DNA from: Vicugna vicugna
Taxonomy: Eukaryota
Direction: 5' to 3'
Assembly (NCBI GenBank): GCA_013265495.1
Contig: MU058463.1
Span: 3,703,037 to 3,767,036 of the forward strand
DNA: 64,000 nucleotides
The notes under the pieces were generated by a model. That model did not search any database. It was not told the DNA's origin and saw nothing but the letters and a program-made list of their open reading frames with translations. A program made the translations under genes and the position numbers. Shown in pieces: positions 1 to 13,700 of this stretch; the first letter of the stretch is position 1, and each line of letters begins with the position of its first letter.

Positions 1-1306
1 TGCATCAAATGCCAGTTGCTGTCAAGTTAGCCCAGATTACACATCGCTTCTCTTTTCTCCTTCCGAGCCCACACAGAAATTTACTTGTGACGCTCATCCC
101 ACTTTTCCTAATTTCCAACACTTTTGTGGAACTTTCTCAACTTCATTTCTTAAAATTTTGAAATCTCATCTTTTCCTACAAAACTCATATAACCACTTAC
201 AGAGAACTGACTGCTTTCCCATTTCATCTGTTCTCCATTTGAAAAAAAATCACCTGTAATAATGCTTGCACATTCACATTATAGTAACATGTTGTCAATA
301 CGCATTCAATGTCTGAATGGAGATTGTGATCGCCAACGCTTTTCATTAAACGGACTTTGTTCAGTGTTTTAAATCCGAGAATGTTAAGAAGGCATGCTGC
401 CAAGATTGACTTGGAAAGCTAGAATACCCGTCTGTGTACAGATTGGCACAGATCAATGGTTTTTAAAGATAACCAGGACAATAGAGACAATTATGTTAGG
501 AAGGCAAATTTAATGACTAACTGAATACAAGGTAAACGGCCAATCTGGAGAAAAAGCAGTAGAGACTCATAAATCCCTACCCTCTGTCATTCTTAATTGT
601 TCTGGAGTTTTCTTTAACTAAATTGTCAAAAGATTGATTTCTTTCAACATGAAAAATAATATCAGTAGTGTAGCTTACTTTCCAGTATATCAGTATCAGT
701 CTAGAACTCTAAGTTAACCTCTTCAAATGCTATCCATTCAGTTACTGATTGCTAATTAACTCACTCTTTTTTATGATGCAAAATAAATAAAAGCATGGCT
801 CTTGACCTTGAGATGTTTACAAATATATCGGCAAGATATACATATGAAGTGACTCAATCAAGATTCCAATTGAAAAGGGTCTTAGTATCTTATTAGAAAA
901 AGAAGACTTCAGCGGTGAGGAGCCATGCTCCCGGCATCAAAATGTCTCATAGTAAATATATTAAGTTCTCAAAGCAACCTACTGCCCACTACTTGTAACA
1001 GCCAGTTAGACATCTTTCACTTTTAGATACAAAAGGGAACTTGGAGATCATCTAGAGCGCACCCTTCATTTTATGGAACGAGGAAACAGAGGTCCTCCAG
1101 GGGTTGAGCAACTTGTCCAGGGTTCTGCAGATTGATGTTGGTGGCAGAGCCAGCATCAAGTTATCCACCCACCCCCTGACCCTGGTCAAGGGCCTGTTCC
1201 ACCAGCCTGTCTGACTTTTGTCTTGAGCAGGAGGTCTCCCCCAGGAAATGGTATACAGTTTAGGACTCAATCAAACAAGCCTGTAAGAGTCTCAGTCAAA
1301 TCTTAC

Positions 1307-1366
1307 GCTTTGCCATCTTTGTCTGTCTGGGGATTCCCAAAGATGAGATTTTCAAGGCTTTTGGCT
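1307..1366 (-). CDS. SCEL: Sciellin exon 15: RAKSLENLIFGNPQTDKDGK; gene continues beyond coordinate 1
   Basis: 60 nt, tatag|...|gtaaga, phase 2-2; aligns to the recalled AKSLESLIYMSTRTDKDGK. Confidence 0.94.
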
Positions 1367-1666
1367 CTATAAAACACAAAGAAACTCAAATAAAAGATTG
1401 CATATTGAAATAAAATTGTCTGGTATCTTGAAAGGTCAGATACAGTAAAAATTTGTCATGAATTGCTCATTTACTCTTACTGAATAGAAGAGCAGAAATC
1501 CTTCTGGGCAATTATGTCTGAACTAAATGTACTATACTGAGTGCATGGCCCCATCTGCTAGTACATTTTATGCCAGAGGATATAACTCCCTCCCAGCTAA
1601 TGTCTGAAAGAATGAAACAAGCAATCTGGGAGATAATATTTTCAGTTTCGAGACAGATGCACTTAC

Positions 1667-1726
1667 CTTTTCTCTGTTGGCTCTGCCTTAAGATTTCCTC
1701 TGAAGAGACCATCAAGACCTTGATTT
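1667..1726 (-). CDS. SCEL: Sciellin exon 14: RNQGLDGLFRGNLKAEPTEK
   Basis: 60 nt, taaag|...|gtaagt, phase 2-2. Confidence 0.94.
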
Positions 1727-2873
1727 CTTTAAATGCATTGAATAAAAAAACCTCGTCAGTGGTCATATAGGATACTTAACTCTTACAAAAACATAGATCA
1801 GTTTACATCTAAGACAGGAAACAGAAAGCTGGTTAGGAAAGGCGAGTCACAATTTTTGAAATCATTTTATGCCAACTAGGCTTTTCCCAGATTCAAATTT
1901 AAATTGCAGTGGACCTAGAGAAAAGAAAAGATAGAAACTGGGGATCCACAAGCCTAAAAGGTCCATGGATGTGCTTTTGGCATTCATGAAGTGATTTGTT
2001 TTTAATGTGAGCCAATATTTACAAAGCTGGCCACAACACCTGGAATTTCAGGATCTCCTGAAACTGTCCTGCATCTCTGGGCTCAGATTCTCTGTGGCAA
2101 CATCTGCTGGAGCTGAGAAACAGCTGGGCACCCCCGACAGGGCACTGCCTCACGTTCCAGAGTCAGCTCCCTTCACTTATTTCTACCCACCTGGCCTTAG
2201 CAGGCTGCAGAGTCTGAGTCTTAATACTGCCTCTCTTTATCAATAAGAGAACTGAAAGGCAGCAAATTGCAGTGAGTTGTTGACAGGCAATCATATAGAT
2301 CATCATCGTCAGAACAGGGTATGGGAAAATCACATCTTTTGATCCTCAGATCCATGAGTGCATTTGACATTTGCTTTGTTCCTCCTTCTCTTTGGTCCCT
2401 GCCTGTTTTCATATGTTAGTAGCCAAGTGACAGAGAGAGAATAAAACTGCACAACCTCTAACACACACTTCAAGTAACGTGATTTTTAAATTATGCAATT
2501 ATAAATGACTCAAAATAAGGAGATAATGTTAACTAAGATAATGAGGGTTTTTTGTAGTGGTTAAACTAAAAGCATTTAGTGACCAGACTCTGTTTACTTA
2601 CTAATATGTTAGTATTTCAGGAACAGAAACGTGGTTATTTTTATAACTGCCTTACTAAACAATGGAGAACAAAAATCAAAGACACTTTAATATTATTATC
2701 TTTCAATTGTAAACCATTCATAATAATGATGAAATGGTGCTGATTTCTGTAAGCTTTTTATTCAAGATTTGTACAACACTTTAGCCCAGTATGTAGGTCC
2801 TCATGCTTGCATACTGAAAAGTAACAAAGTAAATTCAGTAATAAAGTGAAAAATAAATGTTTTAAAATCTTAC

Positions 2874-2918
2874 CTGTTCAAGCTTTTGTTCATTTTGATG
2901 AGATTATCCAATTCTTCA
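2874..2918 (-). CDS. SCEL: Sciellin exon 13: GEELDNLIKMNKSLN
   Basis: 45 nt, caaag|...|gtaaga; identical to the recalled human peptide. Confidence 0.96.
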
Positions 2919-3889
2919 CTTTGGAGAAATGAAAAAATAATCTCACATCAGTAAAAGCCTGCCCAGGCTCAAGGCACAGATTCACCTTAAAATAACTATT
3001 TCTGAGTTCTCTGAAGCTCAACATATATCCCACCTTATCATCCGTGAAAATCCTGTCTATCTTTCAAAGCCCTCCTCAAACACATTTTTCTCCAAGAAAT
3101 CTTCCCCAGTCCTTTAACTGAACAGAGTCCTCTACCTTTTTGGAAGCCTGGCAGCATTTTGGATTTTTGTATCTCCTTTATGGTACTTACATAGCTGTAC
3201 TTTGTAATGTAGTAATTACACACTTGTCTCACATTAATGTTCTTGCTCCTACACATACGATGCACACAAACGCACACATACCCCCACTTAAAATTTAGAA
3301 CTGTATTTTATATTGGATCCTTTTCAGTATTTAATACAGTGTTTTTCACAGAGTAGATGCTTAATACCGGTTTTAATTGCATCAACAAATATACATACAT
3401 TGACCAATTATAGATTCTAGCTTTGTAGAATGTACTTGCACAAAGCTGCTAATGGAAAACAGTCATTTACCTGTAAATCTGGCTTCCTTCCTGAATCCTA
3501 CTCTCCTTCATTCCAGGTCAGCTAAATTTCCTCTCCTGTTTCCATATTTGGGAACTCTGAAGACTGTTGGCTGCTTCCTCAGGAGTCACCTGTTCGAGCT
3601 AAACCCCTGGGTTCCAGAATATTCATTAGAACCCCATGAGCTCAACTGGCTCCCCAGAGAAGGCAGCCACAGGGGCTTCTTGTTCCTGTTGGCTCCTCAG
3701 AGCACGTCTCTCCTCAACTCTCCATCCCCATCGCCCCCAGTTCTCTCGCCTTCCTCATCAGCTGTCCAGTTCTCAGTCTCACTTCTCCCTGATCCGTCCT
3801 CTAGAATCACACATTTCCACACTTTCTCAATGTTCCCCTTTCTTCATGAGTCATCACTGGTGTTGACCAGAGGACACGAGGCCAAGGTA

Positions 3890-4100
3890 CTCAGGAGTTA
3901 GACACTCAGGTTCCCAAGTCGAGGACACCTGGATTCCAATCCAGGATTCACTGCTTATTAAGTTGGTGACTCTGGGTGAGTTACCTAACCTCTTGCTGCC
4001 AGTTTTTTTCATCTGTAAAATAAGAATACTCATTGTATACACTTCAGAAGAGAACCAGTTTAAGTTAATGAATATAAAGTGATTAACATTGACACCTGGC
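3890..4100 (+). mobile_element. MIR SINE (representative; further MIRs near 1050, 16200, 33550, 40330, 41620, 45400, 48400, 59450)
   Basis: Core gtgactctgggtgagttacctaacctc...cagtttttttcatctgtaaaat. Confidence 0.75.
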
Positions 4101-5229
4101 AAGTCAAACTTTCATTTAATTAATTTTGGCCATTGTAATAAACAGTTCCCAGTCAGTATTAACTTTTGCATTTAATAAATGCTTGCTACATTTATTTTTA
4201 AGCTGAATTTAGAGGCACCAAGATTTTGGCTCAGCCTTAGAGAGGTAAGGTCTCTGAGTCACTTATGTGCTTGGAAGATGCCTGGCACAAGAGATCACCA
4301 GAATAGCTGCTGGGACAGTCCTCTTAAGGATCCTAAAAGCACATTCAATCAACAGCCATCACAGAGATGAATCCTTTAAAGTAACACTGCGTAGTCAATG
4401 ATAGGGTTGAAGGCTGGGAATAAATATTGAAACATAAAATTTGCTGACTCTGATGAAAAATTGATTAACATTCTATCCTCGTGGAGGACCAACACTACCC
4501 AGCCCCTTGACACAGTGCTGCACTGTTACTTCTTGCTTGAATTTCTGCCTTCCAACTCTGAGGCTGCAAATGTCCACGTCCCCAAGACAAAGAGCAAACC
4601 CAAGAATCTTGTAAATTTTAGCCCCATACCTTTCTGACTGGTATGAGCCACAATGATAAGATTATCAGGATTTGGGGTTCCACAAAAAAATTAGCACAAG
4701 TCAGGAGAAGACACTCTGTGGGAAATTAAGTAAAATGGAAATTGCATTCTGAACAAAGAAGCTGAGCTTTTCAAATGACCTGAAACTGATGAAAGCTTTG
4801 GATATTAAGTTTCACCACTGCATTTACAATAAATTAAATGCTTTTAGTCAGATAGAAGTAATAGTCCATTTCCCAAAGGAGTATCACAAAGAGTGACTTG
4901 GGTAAATAAAGCTATTTTTAGTCCCAACAGACAGCCCACAGTAACAATACTCAGCTATCAATGATGCAACAGACATATCCCCTGGCCCCTGTCAAAGCAA
5001 CAACTTCTCCCCATGAAGAATCGATGTGGCTGTGGAATTCGTGCATCATCGTGAGGGAGAGGGGACAGGAAAGTTAAACCAGCTGCAGCTCTCACTGGTT
5101 TTGTTTGATGGATGCCAAACCATAACTGTCCTTCAGCATCACTCACCTACCTCTCCCTTAAAGAGCCTTATCACCCACCAAAAAACTAACTAGTCTCTAT
5201 TAAAAAGAAAACATTCTTTCAAACATAAA

Positions 5230-5237
5230 TAGATAGG

Positions 5238-5295
<58 letters not shown>
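5230..5295. repeat. (TAGA)n tetranucleotide microsatellite
   Basis: About 16 units read directly. Confidence 0.97.
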
Positions 5296-5296
<1 letters not shown>

Positions 5297-5559
5297 AATG
5301 AGAGATCTAGGCCCTTAGACAACAGAAGAAATGAAAATGAAACATTCGGGATAATTTCTACCATCTCTGTCATGGATTTAGAGCCTTTATTTTGTGCCTG
5401 AATTTGCAGAGAAGAGCTAAACGTCACTTCTTGTTTCTTCTCTTCAGTCCTTTTGATTGAGACTGCAGTCCCTAATAACACTCTCAGCGCTGCGAAATTC
5501 CACTGAGCAAGGGAAATTCTCGTAGGCGTGGGACTGAAACTACAGGATATTTATACTCA

Positions 5560-6560
5560 GGGTTTTCTCACTACTCATAAACACTTCTACTTTGCACAAA
5601 GCATTGTGTCCGATCCTGGCGAATAAGACAAACTATCTGCTCTGAGAGATTAAAGAGATAACAGAGAAGATGAGACATGTACATAAATACCATGAAACAA
5701 TATCAAATGTGATTCGTTGTTATATAACATGAATAATGGGGCTCTAATAGCTCAGAAAGGCAGAAGCCACATCTCACAGGGTCACTCAGGGAAGGCCTCA
5801 CAGAGAAGGTGGTATTTGATCTGGAACTTGAAAAGTGGGTAGGATGTGGGTGGATTGATATGATAGCCTTGAGGCTGGAAAAGGCCACCATGTGGGTGGA
5901 ATAGTATAAACAAAGGCAGAGGCTCTGGAAACTATAGAAAAGAAGTGGTTTAATTTGGTATTTCATGTAGGGAAATATAAGGATAAAGTCAGAAATAGCA
6001 AAGGAATGTTAGGTGGGAGCCAGGTTAACAAAAACCTTGAATGAGGTTATATGTAATTGAATGGGCAATGGGGAGCCGGTGCAGTGATTTTTTTAAGCAG
6101 AAATATAGAAAGAACAATCTGGTAGTGATGGATAGTAATGGTTTAGTTGAAGGAGTGTAAGTCAATCTGGATGGCTACTCTAATAACCTGTGATGGAAGC
6201 AATGAGAGTATGAATTGGGGTGAGGCCATGTGGGCATCTGGGGTATTTTAGATATTTAATCCATACATGCTTGATACTACATAGAGGGGACAAGATGTGG
6301 AAGAATAAAAAGTGATTCCAGAAAGGTGAGCTTGTCTGAATTAAAGAACAGAGAGAAGTCAGGAAATAGCACATTTGGGAATTTGAAAAGTTGAAAGGAA
6401 GCTGGAAACAGCCTAGGACATTCTAAATGGGGGTGCTGGGAAGATGGATAAATAGAGATCTGAGCCAGCAATGTAAATACAGGACTGGGGATTCAGAACA
6501 AAATCAAAACCATGGACAGCTGAGGAGACTGGGATGAGCATCAGTCACCAGAAGAGAAAG
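5560..6560. mobile_element. LINE-2 fragment
   Basis: cagggaaggcctcacagagaaggtggtatttgatctgg and ggcaatggggagcc in a purine-rich decayed L2 pattern. Confidence 0.6.
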
Positions 6561-6765
6561 CAGAGGAAGAGGAAGGTGCATAAATGGCAGTGCTGCTCAT
6601 TTTCCAGGGACACTAAGCTAGAGAGACTGAGTCTGTCTTCTCTCAAATTATAAATAATACAACAGCATTGGGATTTTGTTCACTTTTGGTATGTTTAAAG
6701 GTACTGGTTAAGCATTTTTGAAACAAAAATCTCAAAACTCAAGCTCAAAAGCTCCAAGCTCTCAC

Positions 6766-6825
6766 CCCTTGTCAGCTTTCTGAAGTGAAGTGGCCACTGT
6801 GACGATGTTCTCAAGATCCTGACTC
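6766..6825 (-). CDS. SCEL: Sciellin exon 12 (20-aa repeat): RSQDLENIVTVATSLQKADK
   Basis: 60 nt, tgaag|...|gtgaga, phase 2-2; fits the repeat consensus SQDLDNxIKV. Confidence 0.93.
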
Positions 6826-6994
6826 CTTCATACAATGAAAAATAAACACAAAGTCAATGACAGTAGAGCTATCTTTGAAGTAGCTAAAATTTCTTACCTG
6901 TTCTCAGTGAAGAAAGTAATCGTCCATGTGTTGTTCAGAAATTATGAGTTTAACTGAATAACAAAATAGTTCTATCATATCAACATGCAAACAA

Positions 6995-7030
<36 letters not shown>

Positions 7031-7039
7031 ACACGCACA
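6995..7039. repeat. (AC)13 plus interrupted extension
   Basis: Read directly. Confidence 0.97.
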
Positions 7040-8500
7040 TGCCAGTCACTCCACTTGGGCATTGGCTCTGCCATCTAGTGCTCACTGAAATAACTACAGT
7101 GTCTCCCAAAGACTTGTATCAGCTGCTCTCAACTTACATACTTAAAAAAGGATATGGAAAAGAAAATTTCATTAACTGCACAAGTAAACACAGAGTATAT
7201 TCAGAATTTTTTCTACCAACCAGGGAACATCAAGCAACATATACAGATGATTAATTAGTCCCTTATATGAGGTGAAAGTATCTGTCTTCTTAGGTTTCCA
7301 AAAAAGAAAGTACATTTAAAACCGTAGACACAATAATGGGCTTGAATCCATACTGGCCTCCCTAGATAATGAAAAGAAATAATTCTGGAGGTCCTTAGAG
7401 GTTTACCTGTAGTTAAGACCTGTGGTTCATGAGCAATATCTTATAGGAGGTTAATAGAGTTCCATGAAAAAAATAATGTTGTAGTCAAGTACATTGGGGA
7501 AACATAACTGACTTTTAGAGATTTGGAATGCATATAAGTGCACTGAAGGTGCTGGTGGTAGAGAAGTCTGTTTCTCCTAAGTGTGCTCTTTCGCAGAACA
7601 TGCATTGACATCTTGTGGCACCTGGGACACAGTTTGGGAAATGCTGTGATAGACCTGCACTTTGTTACTAGGTACAAAAGAAAGATGGCTCTCCCCTCCC
7701 CAAAGGTAAGGTGTCTGTGTGATATACGTTTAAAACTGGGACTCTTCAGATAGTCAAGGGAGATCATAAAAAAGGAAAAGTGTGTAAGTTTTGCACTTGG
7801 AAAATGTTTTCAGTCAAAAATTGGTTTATCACAATGGTTAAGATGGTAAATTTAAGGTTACCTTTTTAATTATAATTTTTAAAAAATTGGTTTATCATAT
7901 TGACAGATCTATGAAATAATACTGTTCAAAAGCAAATTTCAAAAACAGTATTTTTTCCTAATAAATAAATGAATCCCAAGCAAATACTTAAATGAGATGG
8001 GATACAGAAGACAACAGCATAAATGAGGACTGTCATGGGGAAATTTACTCAAAAACATCAATAAAATTTGTAAGCTTTTTTCTGATGGTGCAGGCAGAGC
8101 TGAATTTGACCTTATCACTCAGCCAATTCTGGGTAAAGCTTTTGAAGAAGTTCAATCAAGTGACTATATTTCCGCCTATTCATTTATACATCAACACCAA
8201 CTACATCACAGCTCTTGGAATAAGTGCTGGGAATAAAGAGACGTTTTCCTGTCTTAAGGGGTTTGATCTTATTCTGTCATCATGTTCAGACAATTTTGGT
8301 TGTTCTTAATGTAATGCTTGGAACAGAAATAAAAGGAATAAAATTCTGTAGATACACATAAAAATATTTATTACCCACTATACTGAAGTCAATTGGAAAA
8401 CTGATTTTGTCCATTTTATTATTAATCTTATGTATCTTTAAGTGTTCCAATAAAGTATACTTTATCTTTTCTATAATTACATAGATATAGATCATTGTAC

Positions 8501-8566
8501 CTCATACTTCTTTCGGTAGATCTGTTGGTTTGTGTATGTACGCGTGGTTTAGGTGGACATATCTGC
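8501..8566 (-). CDS. SCEL: Sciellin exon 11: RQICPPKPRVHTQTNRSTERSM
   Basis: 66 nt, tatag|...|gtacaa, phase 2-2; aligns to the recalled QIHPPKPGVYTETNRSAERNI. Confidence 0.93.
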
Positions 8567-10640
8567 CTATATTTTTAAAGTTAAAAGATAATGTCTGTTA
8601 GGTAAGAAAATATTTCTCTGTTAAATTTAAATTTATAAGAAAACATTTACATTAAAAAAATCAGTGTTTTAGAACAATAGCACTACTTGAGATAAAAGAC
8701 TTCAAACTACGTTTATCTTCATTTTATTTTAGCTACCAGTCATCAGTAAAGCATTTATCTCTATTAGATAAAGACAATGTTTTTAAATATTAAGAATATT
8801 TTTTGTTAGGCATCAGAAGGATGTTTTTTTCTTAAAGACGTATCTCATTTGAACCCTATCAAGAAATATACTTGCTCAGATAAGACAGGAAACATTTTCA
8901 TATTTCCAGCACACCCTCCACACTGAGAACGACCACATTGTGTTGATAGAATTAAATTGTACAAGGTTAGGTTCTGTTACCAGTTGTGATATAAGGCTTT
9001 TCTCTGATCTTTTTCTAAATATCTGGTTGACCTACTTATACATTCTTGCTTGTTCTCAAGAAACTATATTCAACTATTTTTTGTACTCCTGAGGACATAT
9101 GTTAATTACATAGAAAACACTTCCCTTTCATATTCTTTCATTAAAATCATCTTGCTGTGATTAAACTAATCAGGGTTTAAAACATGCAAGTTGTCCTCAT
9201 TTTATATTTAAGATAATTCCTGAAAGAAAGAAATTGGAGTAGTAAAAATGGATTAAACCAATTCCCATGAAATTTAGCTTCTTTTGAATCTATAAGAGCT
9301 CACTGCTGTATAGTTGCTAGTTTTAGATTAGAATTTAGGTGGTACTAACACCAATTTTTTTAGCCCCCTAACAAAATTCTATTCAAATTAAGATTTAATT
9401 GCTTAACACTATAAAAGTAAAAGGAGAAATAATGTAAGATAGAAAGGCCTGAGAAGTTATTTTTAAGAGTAGTAATTATAGCCACTGCACAAATAAAAAG
9501 TCATAAATCTGGCTTATATTTTTAATTAATTCAATGAAGACGTATTCTCTTAACATTAAAAAAAAAAAGTTAGCCTCTTCTCCTAAGGACAAAATTTCAA
9601 AGATACTGTAAAGTTTCACTCAGCAGAAATTCAGACCTGGCTTTTTAACTCATTAGGTTGAACGCCCAGAGCTTCACAGCCCTGCCACCCAATCAGCATT
9701 TTCAAGCTGAAGTTACCCTCTTAATGAAGAATAGCTCTGGAACTGTCTTACATGTGGTCAAAAAAAAGTCACCACCAAAAAGTAAAAATACAAAAGAATC
9801 AAAGGCAGGCCATCAAGCGGACCTCATGTTTTCAGCCTTCATTGAGATACCATTCTTTACATCCTTCAATAACAAGGGAAATGTGCCGTGTACCTCTTGA
9901 AAGACAGTTCGAGATTATTAAACAGTTTGACAGGAACACAAGGAAGATTTTCAGATCTCTGATTTTGTTTCCAAGTATTAATCGTAGAGTATTGGAAATT
10001 CCAAGTGGAAATGCAAGGCTGTCTCTTTTCTTGATTCAGAGACAAGTGAATTAGAACATTTGTCAAATTTTGTGATAGGTTTGAAATACATTACAAGTGC
10101 CTCTAGTAAGACAAGACTAAAGAACTACCCAAAGGTATTTCTAACATAAGGGAGGGGCTGAGCGGTAACACTAAGTTTCAAGAATATCTTTTAACAGAAA
10201 ATGTAGCTCTTCATAGGAATCTTAACTAGGAGTAAATATAAACCATAAACACATACATAGTTTCTATTTATATTACATATATGTCAAGTACACATATGTA
10301 TACATGTATATTTATATATGGGGGGGTTCCTTATACATTGGTTCTTAACACATAAATTGGAGGAAGCCCGACATGGAACACTTCCCAGACATGGCTATTG
10401 CTCAGTTTCTATCTTGAAGGTGTATTTCTATAAGACAATTCATGGCCATGTGCATCCAAAGGCCAACATCAATACACATTTGTGTGAGCAAACAGAATTA
10501 GAAAAGCTTTCCAAGTGCTTCTTCGGTGAGTGTGCACACAAAACATACCCACGCTTTGCACAAAACAAGTCACAAGTCATTTGCTTTCATTCCCTTGAAC
10601 TTCTTCATTTTGCAATACATTCTGGAGTGCTAAGTCTTAC

Positions 10641-10721
10641 CTGTTATCCTGCCTCAGCTGGTTAGGAGATGAAACAAGAGAACTGGGTTTGGGAGGTATT
10701 GGAGGGTGAACAGTTGGTTCC
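10641..10721 (-). CDS. SCEL: Sciellin exon 10: REPTVHPPIPPKPSSLVSSPNQLRQDN
   Basis: 81 nt, caaag|...|gtaaga, phase 2-2; follows a 16.4-kb intron. Confidence 0.96.
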
Positions 10722-11584
10722 CTTTGAAACAGAAAGCAGCAGTTCATTTCACCATGGAAACATGGTAAATTTTAGCATCTATTCACCAAATGCATTTATT
10801 GTCTGGAAGGAAACATTTAATGTGTGTTACAATCCCCATGCATGAGCTACCTGAAAGGCCAGGATCTCTGCTGCACTAAACTTCAAAGAAGTCAAATACT
10901 TAAATTACAGGTACTTTAAAGGTTCATTTAATGAGATTTTTCAAAACTCTGTCCTCTATCGTTTGAAACATAATGTGTTCTTTAAACAGCTTAATATTTT
11001 ACTAGACCACATCACCCAAGTTATGACATTTGGGGTCCACAGCACATGAGCATAATAAATGTTTCTTGGGCATCAACATATAAGCTTCTTTAGGAATTAT
11101 GTCAACTATCAGGTTGCTATGGAAACAGGAAGAAAGGTTTTCAATTCCACAGACCTCAAGGTAAAGTTGATTTGAAGCTCTTAACTAATCTGACTTAAAT
11201 ATTGTCAGCACAGGCCAGTTGGACGCCAGCAAAGCACACATACGCTGTCAGCCTAAACCCTGCAACAAAGTGCCAAGGCAGCCTCTAAGCTGGCATGATT
11301 TGCTCACCCAGGAACAGCAGATGGGCAATTATGGACATATTTGGGATGTTACTCCCCCACCACAACACTACCACCCCAGTGGTTCCCTGTTATCCTTGTG
11401 ATCTAGACTCTCTGTACCCCTCTGGCTTCTGCAGCACGCTAGCAAGCATGTGGGCTCTGGAGTCAGGCTGCCTGAATTGCCAGCTGTGTGACAATGAACT
11501 AAACTGATTCCATTTCTCCATCCATAATAACCCTTCCAATAGGATTGTTGGGGTGTTGTCAGGACTGAATGAAGTCATGCTTTT

Positions 11585-13700
11585 ATTTAACAAACATTTA
11601 TTAGTAGCTTTCTATGCACAAAGCACTCTACAGAGGGGATAGTTTCCCTGTTCTCAAAAGGCTTTCAATATACAAATACATGACAGACGAAGGAAAGTAC
11701 TATGAAGAAAATTAAACAGAATAAGCGATTATAGAGCAATGGTGAGGGAACACCTGTCTGTGAGGTGCAACTTGAGCCAAGACATGAAGGAAGTGATAAG
11801 ATGAGGCACGAGGACCTCAGAGGACGAGCACTGAAATCTGGGCATCATCAGCTTGGCGATGGCATCTAACATGTGAAACAGGATGGGATCACCTAGGAAG
11901 TCAGTGTCAGTAGAGACGAAAAGAGAGCCAATAGCTGACCCCTGAAACTTGCAACATTTAGATGTCAAGAATATGAGAAGAAACAGCAAAAAAGTCTGAA
12001 GACACGTGGCCAAGGAGAAAAGAAAAGAAACGTGAGGGTGTGGTTTCCTGGAAGTCAAGTGAGGAAACTGTTCCGAGGAAAGAGTAACTGACCATGTCAA
12101 CTGCTACTGATATATCAAATAATACAAGGATGGGGAGTTACCATGGTTTTGGCAAATAAAGTGGTCATCAATAACCCTGATAAGAGCAGTTTTGATGGGG
12201 CAGTGGTGAAAAAAACTTATCGGAGTAGATTTAAGGCAAAATGGGAAGCAGAGGCATTGACGTAGATACTTCTCTTGCAGTGAAGATGGAAGAGAAAAAG
12301 GGGTACTACCTGAAGGTTGATGGGTCAAGGAAGGTTGCTAGAGTATGTAGATATGATTCTAGGAATGCTCCAGTGAAGAGAGTAAATTTGATGGTGCAGA
12401 GAAGTGAGCAGAAAATTGCTAGACTAGAGAAGCAAGGGGACCTAGGGCACAGGTGAGATGGTTGGTCTTGGATGGAAGAACAGAGAACTCACGCATTTAA
12501 TCTTTACTTCAGTCCCAGAGGTACATGTTCTTCTTCCTGTTTTACAGATGAAAATACTGAGGCCCAGAAAGTGAAAATAAATGTCCCATGATGATCTATA
12601 GCTGGTAAGAAGCAGAGGGAAAAATCCAAACCAGGAAGTCTGGCTTTGTAAGCCCTCCCCAAGCTATGCTTTCTCTCAAGGGATCCTTATGCAACACCAC
12701 CGGCTCAGGTGAGGTTAGTACTCGTGGAATTGACATAAGGCTAGTTGCCATTGTTTTCTCTCGCCACGTTCAGCTGCTTCAGGGGCAGGAACAGACCACA
12801 CAGAGAGTTGAATTTAACTAAGTTTATCCATGTGAGTGCAACAGAGAGAATGATGACATGGGATGGGGAGGGGTGTGCAAGGAAGGGATTACAGTGAGGG
12901 ACCGTGGGATCTGAGATGGGCATGGAGGGAAACGAGGATATGAGGGGAGAGGGGCTGTGAAAAGATGATGGAATCAATGGATTGGTGGTTGTGGAAGGGC
13001 TAGGGAATTTCTGGAATCAGAGGACTAGAGGGAATGAGCTGGATAGAGTAGATAGAAAGGGGGTAGATAGAAAACGGAAGCCAGAGAAAGAAAGCTTTGA
13101 AATGAAAATTTTGTAGTGTGTGTAGTTAGTTATAAAAGCTAGATTTACGGGTGGCTGAGGTAGGGCAATGGACAAGGTCACTGGAGGGGAGATCACGAAA
13201 GTGAAAGGCCAGGATGGGGAAGGACCGCTACATGGATTTGGAAATCACCAAGCATTACGAAGCGGTGGGGGGGTGTCTGTGAGAGACAATGACCCCAGTG
13301 CCAAAGTGTCCACGGAGCGAGGGTGAGTGACTCAGAGACTTTCAGATGACTCCAGTGTGCAAAAGAAGCTCACGATGTCATGGCTTCAAGGAAGATGAGG
13401 AGTTATAGGGAGGAGGGAGTTAAAATTGATAGGAAGTAGCAACCAGGAGCAAACAGGACCCTCCTCTTCCTTCAAACCCTGTGATACATGAGATTAGAAG
13501 AGCAGCCTTCATTGAGGAGGTTGTGGGAGAAGGGTCCTCTGGGAGAACCCAACAAAGAGGTAAGAGATCACTCAGTCAGAGACAGACCAAAGAGGAGCGA
13601 GTTTTGACGATAATGAGTGACACATCTAGGGTTGTTTAGGGACAGAAGGGCGTGCAAAGCTTCAGAGCACTGCCTGGCTCTGTGTAAGTGCTGTGGTGGT
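11585..13700. mobile_element. LINE-2 fragments with an inserted MIR (about 12520-12660)
   Basis: atttaacaaacatttatt, ctgggcatcatcagc and ggtcatcaataaccctgataagagcagttt L2 motifs; MIR core ttttacagatgaaaatactgaggcccaga. Confidence 0.6.

Noticed and set aside
673..740. Possible SCEL exon 16 at a GTAAG donor near 677
   Set aside because: Translation does not resemble a sciellin repeat; the next exon must lie outside the window.
1667..1808. Longer exon 14 using the upstream acceptor near 1809, or ORF 1512..1766
   Set aside because: Stops in all frames; the 60-nt exon 1667-1726 restores frame and sciellin homology.
3452..3901. 149-aa plus-strand ORF
   Set aside because: Ser/Pro/Leu-rich reading of pyrimidine-rich decayed repeat DNA; no splice or homology support.
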